Source of the DNA: Cyanobacteria bacterium P01_A01_bin.123
Lineage (GTDB): Bacteria > Cyanobacteriota > Cyanobacteriia > Phormidesmidales > Phormidesmidaceae
NCBI GenBank assembly: GCA_039815185.1
Contig: JBCBZT010000008.1
Coordinates: forward strand, 32,001 to 96,000
DNA length: 64,000 nucleotides
Reading direction: 5' to 3'
Shown here piece by piece: positions 1 through 8,703 of the stretch (its first letter is position 1; each line of letters starts with the position of its first letter). Position numbers and translations under genes: made by a program. Below the pieces are notes generated by a model. The model had not been told where the DNA came from and searched no databases. It saw only the letters and a program-made list of their open reading frames with translations.

Positions 1-414
1 CCAGCTAAAGTAGTCCACCACTTGCGGCTGGTGTGCGCTTAGCCAAACACGGCTGTCAAACTGGGCAATTGTGCCAGCGACGTGCGTAAACGTGGCACTG
101 GCAATGCTGGCTGAGATGGAGACAATTTTCTCTAAGCTGCGATCGAAGAAATCCCAATTTAAGGGAAACAGCACCGAGATTTCATCGCTTTCGGTGTAGG
201 CGTAGATGCCTTGCATTTCAGTCAATAGGGACTGGGCAGTCTGCACCATGAAGTCATGAAATTTTAGATCAAATGGCTTTTCAAAGCGAGATTCGGTGAA
301 GCGAGAAAAGCTGCGTCCATCTACCCGGATAACAACCCAAGTGCCCGGTAGCAGGCGCTGATTGTGGAAGTATTCTAACTCCCGCATGCGATTTTCAAAG
401 CTTTGGCTATCCAT
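1..414 (-). CDS. Thg1-like tRNA(His) guanylyltransferase / 3'-5' polymerase, 5' part (continues beyond left edge; not in ORF track)
   Basis: Own translation from ATG at 414: MDSQSFENRMRELEYFHNQRLLPGTWVVIRVDGRSFSRFTESRFEKPFD...YAYTESDEISVLF...FDRSLEKIVS...FDSRV. The RxDGRxF, KPFD, SDEIS and FDxR motifs are typical of Thg1. Open to base 1; overlaps the upstream kinase by 8 nt. Confidence 0.9.
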   Translation of the reverse strand, partial: MDSQSFENRMRELEYFHNQRLLPGTWVVIRVDGRSFSRFTESRFEKPFDLKFHDFMVQTAQSLLTEMQGIYAYTESDEISVLFPLNWDFFDRSLEKIVSISASIASATFTHVAGTIAQFDSRVWLSAHQPQVVDYFSW

Positions 415-877
415 CGTTTATATCCTCTTGCCATGCCTGAACTCTGAATGTGTTACCAGCCGCGATCGCGACATGAAATAATCGGTCAAATCCCTCTGCA
501 TAGGTCGGCTTTACGAGTTTTTTGATCGTGGCGTATAAGCCAACTTCAGGTATTTTGGCTTTTCCCGCCCGCTGTTGATTTCGATCCAGGCACTTGCTCA
601 GCGTAGATTCAAAGTAATACCCAATGATCTCCGCCCCATATTGTTGACCCTGCTGAATCAAATCGGCCCGTTCTGCAACCGTAGGGTTGGTGTTATCAAC
701 AACAACAGATTGTCCCGCTGCGAGTGCTTCGACTAAGAGCTGTGATTGACGGCGTCTGCGATTTTTGTTGTTTCGCATCAAGTCTTTACTGATATGGACG
801 TGGGTATTAGCAAAACGGGTCTGAAAAAATGTGCTTTTTCCAGAAGCCTGTAAGCCAATTAAAATAACCAGTTCCAT
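407..877 (-). CDS. Small P-loop kinase (AAA_33 / polynucleotide-kinase-like)
   Basis: MELVILIGLQASGKSTF Walker A, HISKD, VVDNTN. ATG at 877 lies 5 nt after the Hen1 stop; the ORF-track start at 973 overlaps Hen1. Confidence 0.85.
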   Translation of the reverse strand: MELVILIGLQASGKSTFFQTRFANTHVHISKDLMRNNKNRRRRQSQLLVEALAAGQSVVVDNTNPTVAERADLIQQGQQYGAEIIGYYFESTLSKCLDRNQQRAGKAKIPEVGLYATIKKLVKPTYAEGFDRLFHVAIAAGNTFRVQAWQEDINDG

Positions 878-881
878 TAAG

Positions 882-2288
882 TTACTGTTCCCGTGTGAAC
901 AGACCCATTTGTGTTGGAGTCCCGACCTCTGGGTCATCATCACCAATGCCTTCAAACGCGACAGTGTACCCAAATCGCTCAGCTACCTGATTTGCCCAAA
1001 CCTGAAATTCGCCCCTTGTCCATTCAAAGCGATGGTCGCGGTGGCGTAGTTTACCCGTGGGCAAGCCCTCAAACCGGACGTTGTACTCAACATTTGGCGT
1101 GGTGACGATCACCGTTTGCGGTTGGGCAAATTCAAAGATCACCCGTTCCAAAGCGGCTAGCCGATCGAGATCTAGGTGCTCAATCACTTCCACGAGGGTA
1201 GCGGCGTCATAGCCCCGTAGACGCTCGTCTCGGTAAATCAAAGACCCTTGCATGAGCTGTACCCGCCCCTGCTGATGGGTCGGCAGTTCGTCAAGCCGCA
1301 ATCGCTCTTTAGCAATTTCCAAAGACCGATAAGACACATCGACCCCGGTTAATTGCTGAAACGATTTGTCTTTGAGCAGCGATCGCAGCAGTTTGCCCTC
1401 TCCACACCCCAAATCAATCACCCGCTGGGCCTGATGAGTTTTCAATGCTTGGGTGACCGCCGCTAAGCGCTGCTGGTTGAGGCTCAGGGGTTGTTCGATC
1501 GCTGTTTCTTCTTCAGCATGGGCTGTTTCTGCGCCATCTGGATCGGGTTCATCCCCTTCGGCTAACTGGGCCAAAGCAATGCGGGTGAGTCGTCGTCTGC
1601 GTTTGAGCGATCGCTGCGTGATTTTATCTCTCAGGGGATGGGTGCTGAGCCAACCTTCCCCGTGACGCAGCAGCTTTTCAATTTCTTCTTCACCCACCCA
1701 ATAGTGTTTGTCATCATCTAACACCGGAATCAACACATAGAGATGGCTGAGTAAGTCAGCAAGGCGAACCGTATGGTACAGCGTGGCAGACATGTAGACA
1801 CTGTCCTGCCAATCCGGGAAGGTTTCATCTAGCGGCAGCGATCGCCCCTCAACTTGATAGCCCAACGGTTCAAAGAGCTGACGCAAAAACGCTTCACCCC
1901 CCCGACAAGGCAAAACTGGGAGGGTCACCGTCAGGGGAATGGGGGTTTCTACCAGCGCTGGACGATCCTTACATCGTCCCCCCAGCGCAGTTCCAAAGAT
2001 TCTGGAGATGGCCACACTGAGAAAAGAAGACGCCACATAGGGGCGATCGTTGACGTAGTGATCTAGGGTTTGGTCTTGACGTATCGATGCAGACTTACCC
2101 CGAACCAAGCCAATCGGATCAACCTCCAACATCAATGCTGCCGTGCACCGATCGGTGTGGGCTTCTGGATAAAACACATGGGCCTGTCCAAACGCCATCG
2201 GAAAAGACTGACAGCGATCAGGATGCTTATGGAGCAAATAGCCCAGGTCAGTGGCGGGCTGATGGGTTGTTGTAATGGTCAATAGCAT
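882..2288 (-). CDS. hen1: 3'-terminal RNA ribose 2'-O-methyltransferase Hen1
   Basis: N-terminal MLLTITTTHQPATDLGYLLHKHP and YVNDRPYVASSFLSVA (ligase-activating domain); C-terminal methyltransferase DLGCGEG, EVIEH, TTPNVEYN, RHRDHRFEWTR. Confidence 0.95.
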   Translation of the reverse strand: MLLTITTTHQPATDLGYLLHKHPDRCQSFPMAFGQAHVFYPEAHTDRCTAALMLEVDPIGLVRGKSASIRQDQTLDHYVNDRPYVASSFLSVAISRIFGTALGGRCKDRPALVETPIPLTVTLPVLPCRGGEAFLRQLFEPLGYQVEGRSLPLDETFPDWQDSVYMSATLYHTVRLADLLSHLYVLIPVLDDDKHYWVGEEEIEKLLRHGEGWLSTHPLRDKITQRSLKRRRRLTRIALAQLAEGDEPDPDGAETAHAEEETAIEQPLSLNQQRLAAVTQALKTHQAQRVIDLGCGEGKLLRSLLKDKSFQQLTGVDVSYRSLEIAKERLRLDELPTHQQGRVQLMQGSLIYRDERLRGYDAATLVEVIEHLDLDRLAALERVIFEFAQPQTVIVTTPNVEYNVRFEGLPTGKLRHRDHRFEWTRGEFQVWANQVAERFGYTVAFEGIGDDDPEVGTPTQMGLFTREQ

Positions 2289-2390
2289 TGGGGGCAGCCA
2301 CTAAGCTAACGAGTCATTAACTACACGGCACCGAACCATTTCTCCTGACGAGCCTCCGCAATGACAAGCAAAAACGCGATCAAAAAAACA

Positions 2391-2406
2391 TTGACCGATT
2401 GGTTTA
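2391..2406. promoter_or_regulatory. Putative TetR operator 1 (TTGACCGATTGGTTTA)
   Basis: Imperfect palindrome just upstream of the TetR gene; its reverse complement matches the site at 3061-3076 at 14/16 positions. Confidence 0.6.
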
Positions 2407-2451
2407 GGTTGTGTTAGTCTTCAATCATGGTTAAACACCAGGAAGGTTCAA

Positions 2452-3042
2452 ATGACTCGCGGTCCTGAAAAGCAATTCGATACCGAAGTCGCCCTGACTA
2501 AGGCAATGGAAGTATTTTGGGCCCACGGCTACGAAGCCGCCAGCCTATCTGAACTGCTCAAAAACATGGGGATTGGTAAAAAAAGCTTGTATGACACCTT
2601 TGGCAACAAGCAATCGCTTTTCCTCAAAGCGTTAGAGCACTATGGTCACACCACCCTCCGGGATATTCGCGATCGCCTCCTGGCAGACGGCTCACCCTTG
2701 GCCAATCTGAAGCAAGTGCTTCTGGACTGGCAAGAGATGCACAGCCAACTGGGGAGTTCTGGCTGTATGCTCGGCACCAATATTGCCGATTTCAATACAG
2801 ATGACGAGGCGATCGCCAAAGTCATGCGGGGCTATCTGCAACAGGTCGAAGACCTCTTCTGCAAGGTCCTGATCCAGGCCCAAGCTGCAGGAGAAGTCAA
2901 CTCAACCCCCGATCCGCGAAGTCTGGCTCAGTTATTACTCTGTACCACACAGGGTATGGCCCTGCTAGGCCGCGTGATGGATGACGACACCACCTTAAAG
3001 GGAACCGTTCAGGCAGCCTTATCTCTTTTAGAACGCGCTTAA
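2452..3042 (+). CDS. TetR/AcrR family transcriptional regulator
   Basis: RGPEKQFD...AMEVFWAHGYEAASLSELLKNMGIGKKSLYDTFGNK HTH; GCMLGT in the C-domain. Confidence 0.93.
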   Translation: MTRGPEKQFDTEVALTKAMEVFWAHGYEAASLSELLKNMGIGKKSLYDTFGNKQSLFLKALEHYGHTTLRDIRDRLLADGSPLANLKQVLLDWQEMHSQLGSSGCMLGTNIADFNTDDEAIAKVMRGYLQQVEDLFCKVLIQAQAAGEVNSTPDPRSLAQLLLCTTQGMALLGRVMDDDTTLKGTVQAALSLLERA

Positions 3043-3060
3043 ATTTTTTTTGCGCAAACC

Positions 3061-3076
3061 TAGACCAATCGTTCAA
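3061..3076. promoter_or_regulatory. Putative TetR operator 2 (TAGACCAATCGTTCAA)
   Basis: Upstream of the SDR gene; near-copy of 2391-2406 in inverted orientation; resembles the TAGACC-N4-GGTCTA NemR-type box. Confidence 0.6.
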
Positions 3077-3117
3077 AGTTTTAACCACATCTGATTTACA
3101 ACCTTGGAGGTATTCCC

Positions 3118-3855
3118 ATGGCCCGTCTACAAAACAAAACCGCTGTCGTCACCGGTGGCACCACAGGTATCGGTTTTGAATCTGCAAAACTATTCATTGC
3201 CGAAGGCGCACGGGTGATCATCACAGGCCGCAACGAGGCCCGTCTGGCTGAAGCCGTTGAGTCACTGGGTGCTAACGCTATCGGGGTTAAAGCCGATGTG
3301 CAATCTTTGGCGGATATCGACCAGCTTGTCACGAGAGTCCAAGCAGAGTTTGGTGAACTCGATATTCTGTTTGCCAATGCTGGGGTCGCCAAACGAGCCT
3401 TACTGCGGGACGTGACGGAAGCTGACTTTGATCAGGAAATCACGATTAATCTCAAGGGCGTGTTCTTTACGGTGCAAAAGCTAGAGCCACTGATGAAAAA
3501 CGGTAGCAGCGTGATCTTGAACACGACCACCCTAGCTCAGACGGCATTACCCGGTGAAGGTGTCTACTCAGCCTCGAAAGCAGCCGTGCGATCGCTGGCC
3601 CGTTCCTTCAGTCTGGAACTGCTGGATCGTCAAATTCGAGTCAATGCCGTTGCTCCAGGCGCGATCGAAACCCCCATTTGGTCAAAAATGGAGCTGCCCC
3701 CAGAGGTGGCAGAGCATGTGCTATCTCGGGCTCCGATTGGGCGTTTTGGCAAACCCGAGGAAATTGCCAAAGTGGTGCTGTTTCTGGCCAGTGATGACTC
3801 GTCTTACATGCTGGGTGAAGAAATTTTGATTGATGGGGGTTGGGCAACGCTGTAA
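3118..3855 (+). CDS. SDR family oxidoreductase
   Basis: TGGTTGIG, ANAG, YSASK, NAVAPG; GGAGG RBS. Confidence 0.93.
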   Translation: MARLQNKTAVVTGGTTGIGFESAKLFIAEGARVIITGRNEARLAEAVESLGANAIGVKADVQSLADIDQLVTRVQAEFGELDILFANAGVAKRALLRDVTEADFDQEITINLKGVFFTVQKLEPLMKNGSSVILNTTTLAQTALPGEGVYSASKAAVRSLARSFSLELLDRQIRVNAVAPGAIETPIWSKMELPPEVAEHVLSRAPIGRFGKPEEIAKVVLFLASDDSSYMLGEEILIDGGWATL

Positions 3856-4028
3856 TGCCTTTTCCCGTAGTTTTAGTTCAAATCAGCAAATCTAGAGCAT
3901 TTCAAAGTTCCAAATTAGCAGAGAAGGATTAGCCCACCTCCCTTTCTCTGCCAACGTATAGCTCGCAGGTCGCTCTTAGTGATTTATCAGTTTCCGTCAG
4001 AAAATCTGAAAACTTGAGGATATTTATC

Positions 4029-4466
4029 ATGACAAGCACTCGCAAAATGGAAATTGGCCTAGCAACAATTCGGCTCACCACAGCCGCTTTCTTCTTAGTC
4101 TGGTCAATTGAAAAAATTGTCGCACCCGAAATCGCCCAAAAAGTCTTCGCTCGTTTCTATGCTTCGACGATATCCCATAGCGTTTCAATCAGCATCGGCA
4201 TTCTTCAAACTGCGATTGTGTTGCTATTTGCAGTCGGCTTATTCAAACTGTGGACCTATGGCGCTCTGCTTGGGATGCACGCGATTTCTACCCTGGCTTC
4301 TTATGAACCGTTGCTCAACCCGTACACACCCCCTAATCACCTATTCTGGGCTGCAGTTCCGACACTTGGTGCGCTAATTGCTTTGTTTCTCATGCGAAAA
4401 GAAGACCAGCTTTTGACTTTTTCAAGAGCCGCAAGATCTACCCCTAATAAAGTCAACACGATCTAA
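4029..4466 (+). CDS. DoxX-like four-TM membrane protein
   Basis: Hydrophobic helices, WSIEKIVAPE and PPNHLFWAAVP; ATG at 4029 follows GAGGA; similar to 52635-53051. Confidence 0.7.
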   Translation: MTSTRKMEIGLATIRLTTAAFFLVWSIEKIVAPEIAQKVFARFYASTISHSVSISIGILQTAIVLLFAVGLFKLWTYGALLGMHAISTLASYEPLLNPYTPPNHLFWAAVPTLGALIALFLMRKEDQLLTFSRAARSTPNKVNTI

Positions 4467-4500
4467 AGGTCTCAACCTAAAGCAAAGAGTTATCCCTCAA

Positions 4501-4550
4501 ATAGGAGCTAAGCGTTTGAATCGATTCTGATCTTGACGCTTAGCTTCTAT
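4501..4550. terminator. Long hairpin downstream of the DoxX gene
   Basis: ATAGGAGCTAAGCGT...ACGCTTAGCTTCTAT, 14/15-bp inverted repeat. Confidence 0.45.
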
Positions 4551-4559
4551 AGCGTGAAG

Positions 4560-4683
4560 CAACACTTCGGACAGTTTTTAATAGTCAACGAGAGAATGAG
4601 GGTTTCAGCCCTATCCTGAGGTAACCGAGCCAATGAGAAATCAGCGGTTTCAGCGCTTTCTCAGAAAATTGTCCGGACTATTG
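4560..4683. mobile_element. Putative MITE (124 bp)
   Basis: Terminal inverted repeats CAACACTTCGGACAGTTTT (4560-4578) and AAAATTGTCCGGACTATTG (4665-4683), 15/19 match; flanked by near-identical 6-mers GTGAAG / GTGCAG; no ORF. Confidence 0.6.
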
Positions 4684-4838
4684 GTGCAGATAATGGCTGA
4701 CAGCCACATCCAAACAAGGCCGTATCAGCACTTTCTTATCTCAGATTCATCGCTCACCCTGAGTCTTTGCTTTATAACGAAATGGTTATCAAAGCCTGAT
4801 TTTGGTTAGAGTGATCATTCGTCCAGGAGCTGACTGCA

Positions 4839-5051
4839 GTGTCTTTTCTGAAAAAATCTCTAATTACTGTAACGGTTCTCTATCTGCTCTACGTCCTGAA
4901 GTGGGCAGTGGGTATCGACATCTTTGCCGATTACCACGCGCCCAGGCTGGTTAAACTCCCTGCTGAAATCACCGTCTATGGGTTTCAGAGGCTAGGCTTT
5001 GATGTCGCTTTGCCGGGTCAAACTATGCTCGATCAGCCCCATAAAACCTAA
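4839..5051 (+). CDS. Small hypothetical membrane protein
   Basis: GTG start after AGGAG; N-terminal hydrophobic helix; occupies otherwise intergenic space. Confidence 0.5.
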   Translation: MSFLKKSLITVTVLYLLYVLKWAVGIDIFADYHAPRLVKLPAEITVYGFQRLGFDVALPGQTMLDQPHKT

Positions 5052-5077
5052 TAAGCAAGCTGGCCAGCGCTATAGTT

Positions 5078-5677
5078 TCAGGATGATTTTTCAGGCCAGG
5101 CTGCGATCGCGAACTTCACCATCTGCCGCACCGCATCCGGGTTCTTTTGTGCCCGTGCCAGCACCGCCATTCCCTGGATGACGCCGTTATAAAACTGGGC
5201 CAACCCTCGAATATCCATTTCAGCGGGCAGGTCTCCATCGGTTAAGGCCCGCTGTAGTCGCTGGTAAATCATCGCTTCATTTTGATCATGGAGTTGGCGG
5301 ATGCGATCGCCGATCTTCCCTTGACGGGGCTGACAATCGACTGAGCTATTCACAATCAAGCAGCCCAGGCCATCCGACGTAATGTGATACTCAGCGATCT
5401 GCGTCAAGAAACCCGCGATCGCCTTTTTACCATCGGCCTCTTCTTCTAGGGCAGCTTGAGAACTCTGCACAGACTGGGTCCGATATCGTTCAAGCACTTT
5501 CAGAAAAAGCGTCTCTTTGTTCCCAAAAGCAGCATATAGGCTAGGCCGCTGAATACCCATCGCCTGAGTCAGCTCCTCTAGCGTTGTAGCCTCATACCCT
5601 TTGGCGTAAAACACCTGCACGGCTTGATCCAAGGCAGCATCAACATCAAATTCTCGCGGGCGACCCGTCTTTTTCAC
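5078..5677 (-). CDS. TetR/AcrR family transcriptional regulator
   Basis: GRPREFD...FYAKGYEATTLEELTQAMGIQRPSLYAAFGNK, GCLIVNS. Confidence 0.93.
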   Translation of the reverse strand: MKKTGRPREFDVDAALDQAVQVFYAKGYEATTLEELTQAMGIQRPSLYAAFGNKETLFLKVLERYRTQSVQSSQAALEEEADGKKAIAGFLTQIAEYHITSDGLGCLIVNSSVDCQPRQGKIGDRIRQLHDQNEAMIYQRLQRALTDGDLPAEMDIRGLAQFYNGVIQGMAVLARAQKNPDAVRQMVKFAIAAWPEKSS

Positions 5678-5704
5678 GGCTTAGTGCAAATCCAATGCTT
5701 GACT

Positions 5705-5750
5705 TTTATACTGTATGGTACATAATAATTTTATATCAAGCAGTACAGAA
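5705..5750. promoter_or_regulatory. Two putative TetR operators in the divergent promoter
   Basis: TTTATACTGTATGGTACATAA (5705-5725) and TTTATATCAAGCAGTACAGAA (5730-5750) share the TTTATA...GTACA-AA frame (13/21 identical). Confidence 0.5.
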
Positions 5751-5798
5751 GTCTAATTGAGAACTTTGCACCCATTCATTTCAAAGGAGACCGCCATC

Positions 5799-6539
5799 AT
5801 GGCAGACCTAACTGGCAAAAAAGCTTTAGTGACTGGGGGTAGTCGCGGCATTGGAGCCGCGATCGCGACCCACCTCGCCGCTGCCGGGGCAGATGTGGCC
5901 ATTACCTATCGTCAGTCGCAGTCACCCGCAGAAGAGACCGTTCAACAGATTCAGCAGCAGGGTACCCAAGGGCTTGCCATTCAAGCCGATGGGACCACCG
6001 CCGAGAGCGTGATCGCAGCCGTTAATCAAGCGGCAGAGACATTCGGCGGGCTCGATATCCTGGTCAACAACGCTGGTATTTTTGAAATGAAACCCGTTGG
6101 CGAAACTACATTAGAAGATTTTGATCGGATGATGGCGGTCAATGTGCGGGCCGTGTTTGCAGCGGTCAATGAAGCCGTCAAACATATGCCAGCGGGCGGA
6201 CGCATTATCACTATCGGCAGCGTCAATGGCGATGTTATGCCCTTTCCGGGTGGGTCACTCTATGCCATGAGTAAGGCAGCCGTGGCGGCCATGTCCCAAG
6301 GTTGGGCCAGGGATTTGGGCAGCAAGGGGATTACGGTGAATACGATTCAGCCAGGGCCGATCAATACGGATATGAACCCAGCCGATGGTGCTTTTGGCGA
6401 AACCCTCAGCGCTATGACTGCCTTAGGGCACTACGGTAAACCCCAAGACATTGCCGAGCTAGTCACCTTTTTAGCCAGCCCTCGCGCAGCTTATATGACC
6501 GGGGCAGCTATCAATATTGACGGTGGCTTGACAGCCTAA
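5799..6539 (+). CDS. SDR family oxidoreductase (FabG/BdcA-like)
   Basis: TGGSRGIG, NNAG, YAMSK, QPGPINTDMNP; ATG at 5799 after AAGGAG. Confidence 0.92.
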   Translation: MADLTGKKALVTGGSRGIGAAIATHLAAAGADVAITYRQSQSPAEETVQQIQQQGTQGLAIQADGTTAESVIAAVNQAAETFGGLDILVNNAGIFEMKPVGETTLEDFDRMMAVNVRAVFAAVNEAVKHMPAGGRIITIGSVNGDVMPFPGGSLYAMSKAAVAAMSQGWARDLGSKGITVNTIQPGPINTDMNPADGAFGETLSAMTALGHYGKPQDIAELVTFLASPRAAYMTGAAINIDGGLTA

Positions 6540-6599
6540 GGTCGATGCCAGCTTACAGTAGGAAATTGTCTCGTAGCTAAAATTCAGAATCTTAAAACC

Positions 6600-7298
6600 A
6601 TGCCTATTCCATACAAAACGGCCCTAATTGTCGGTGCTGGCGATGGCCTCAGTGCCTCGATCGCGCGTACATTTCACGCAGCTGGGCTGTCGATCGCCTT
6701 GGCGGCTCGCAATCCTGACAAACTCAGCGATTTATGTGCTGAAATCGACGCCCAACCCTTTAGTTGTGATGCAGCTCAGCCTGACGCTGTTGCCGCCTTG
6801 TTCCAATCGGTTGAGACGCATATGGGCATTCCCGATGTCGTGGTTTACAACCCCAGTGCTCGCACGCGAGGTCCTCTGGTCGCTCTGGATCCTGCTGATG
6901 TTGAACAAGCGATCGCCGTCACGGCTTACGGGGGATTTCTCGTGGCTCAGCAAGCTGTTAAAAGGATGTTGAGCTTAGGCCAAGGAGCCATTCTGTTTAC
7001 CGGCGCGTCGGCCAGTGTAAAGGGCTATCCGCGATCGGCTGTTTTTGCCATGGGCAAGTTTGCCCTGCGTGGCTTAGCGCAGAGTATGGCCCGAGAACTC
7101 GCGCCACAGAATATCCACGTGGGTCATTTCATTATCGATGGGGCCATCCGCAACCCTGGTGTGACGGAATCCCTCAATCAACCTGATAGCATGCTGGATC
7201 CAGACGCGATCGCGCAGAATTACCTGCACATGCTCCAGCAACATCGCAGCACTTGGACCTGGGAAATCGAATTACGCCCCTGGGTGGAACGGTTCTGA
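6600..7298 (+). CDS. SDR family NAD(P)-dependent oxidoreductase (atypical)
   Basis: VGAGDGLS, FTGASASVKG, FAMGKFALRGLAQSMAREL (Phe where the catalytic Tyr usually is), WTWEIELRPWVERF. Confidence 0.9.
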   Translation: MPIPYKTALIVGAGDGLSASIARTFHAAGLSIALAARNPDKLSDLCAEIDAQPFSCDAAQPDAVAALFQSVETHMGIPDVVVYNPSARTRGPLVALDPADVEQAIAVTAYGGFLVAQQAVKRMLSLGQGAILFTGASASVKGYPRSAVFAMGKFALRGLAQSMARELAPQNIHVGHFIIDGAIRNPGVTESLNQPDSMLDPDAIAQNYLHMLQQHRSTWTWEIELRPWVERF

Positions 7299-7416
7299 GC
7301 AGAGGAGTCTTTCTTGTTGATCTAGAATTTGATCGGTAATTGATGCCTTGTCATTCAAGGTTTGGGTATGGCGGAAAGCCGCGTCCATTTAACAGCGAAA
7401 AGCATACAGGAGTGCC

Positions 7417-8061
7417 ATGGCAACGCTAGATCTGGATAATCAGCTAGTGACTGTTATTGTTCTGTTCAAAGTCAAAGTGGGTCAGCAAGCAGCAGTGGTA
7501 GAGCAGGTTAAACGGCTGTTCGCGATCGCAAAGCAACAACCCGGATTTGTCTCAGCCAATTTGCATCGCAGTTTGGACGATAGCAAAGTTGCAAACTATG
7601 CCCAGTGGGAAAGCGAAGCTGCACTCCAACAGTTTAGGCAGCTCCCAGAAGCGGAAGCCTTAGTCGCGCAGCTACAAACATTGGTGGATGAGATGGATTC
7701 TCATCACTACGAGATTGTCGCCTCAGAATCTAAAGTTGGTATCCCTCAGATCAACGCAGGGGAATACTTTGTTCATTTTGCTGAGTTTCGCATGCCCGCC
7801 GAAAATCAACCCCGTATGGTCGAGCTAGCAAAAGAGCATGTCGGCCCAGCGATGTCCTTAGAAGGCCTGGTATCGGCGAATTTTCACCGTTCTCTAGATG
7901 GGGAGCGCGTCATCAACTACGGTCAATGGGACGATGAAGAAGCCATTACCAAACTCACGCAGCGATCAGGCTTTGGCAAAGAAGACGGTTACTGGACCAG
8001 TTTGGCCGAAAATGAATTCCACCTCTATGAAGTGATTCTGACTGAGCCCAGCGAGGCTTGA
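7417..8061 (+). CDS. Antibiotic biosynthesis monooxygenase (ABM) protein with two tandem domains
   Basis: Internal duplication QPGFVSANLHRSLDDSKVANYAQW / LEGLVSANFHRSLDGERVINYGQW. Confidence 0.85.
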   Translation: MATLDLDNQLVTVIVLFKVKVGQQAAVVEQVKRLFAIAKQQPGFVSANLHRSLDDSKVANYAQWESEAALQQFRQLPEAEALVAQLQTLVDEMDSHHYEIVASESKVGIPQINAGEYFVHFAEFRMPAENQPRMVELAKEHVGPAMSLEGLVSANFHRSLDGERVINYGQWDDEEAITKLTQRSGFGKEDGYWTSLAENEFHLYEVILTEPSEA

Positions 8062-8221
8062 GTGCCAGCTGACGCACCCATTTAGGTCAAAATCCATATC
8101 ATTCATAGTATTCCCCTTAGCTTTATTTCCTCATAATTCAGCCATATTTTTTATTGCCGAAATATAAATAAGCTTGAATTATGTGCGTTATTTATTAGTA
8201 GCAAGAGAAATTGAACTCCCC

Positions 8222-8265
8222 TAAAATCGTTCATTTATTCTGCACAGAATAAATGAACGATTTTA
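8222..8265. repeat. Perfect 21-bp inverted repeat with 2-nt spacer upstream of psaA
   Basis: TAAAATCGTTCATTTATTCTG-CA-CAGAATAAATGAACGATTTTA. Confidence 0.9.
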
Positions 8266-8703
8266 TTTTAGTCAGAGTTATTAACTTGTGAAACGCTTAC
8301 CTACTAAAGATGGTGATAATTCTGTAGTTTGATACTTAATTCACCTTCAAAACCAAGACATCAGACCATTCAGTTTTGATATCAAAAGATATTAAAAGGG
8401 CCAGATGAAAACTTGGATTGACTTAGAAGGGATGACAACATAGCAGCCGCCAAAATCCTTTGCGTGGTTGTACGCTTCCTTGTTGATCTAGCAAAGCATG
8501 TCAGCGATGTTAGATCTGCCAACCAGTGTAGTTAAAGGTATTTTTTGAGGAATCGCCTTCCCATGGAGGTGAATCTTGCGAGTGAATTTTGACTAGCAAG
8601 AATATCTTATTTAAGCTTTCTATAGACTTAATTGATGTCTATCTATAGTCAAAGGAAGCACCTTTTTCGCTCTGTGTTTTTGAGTAGTAGAGAGGAGAGT
8701 CCC

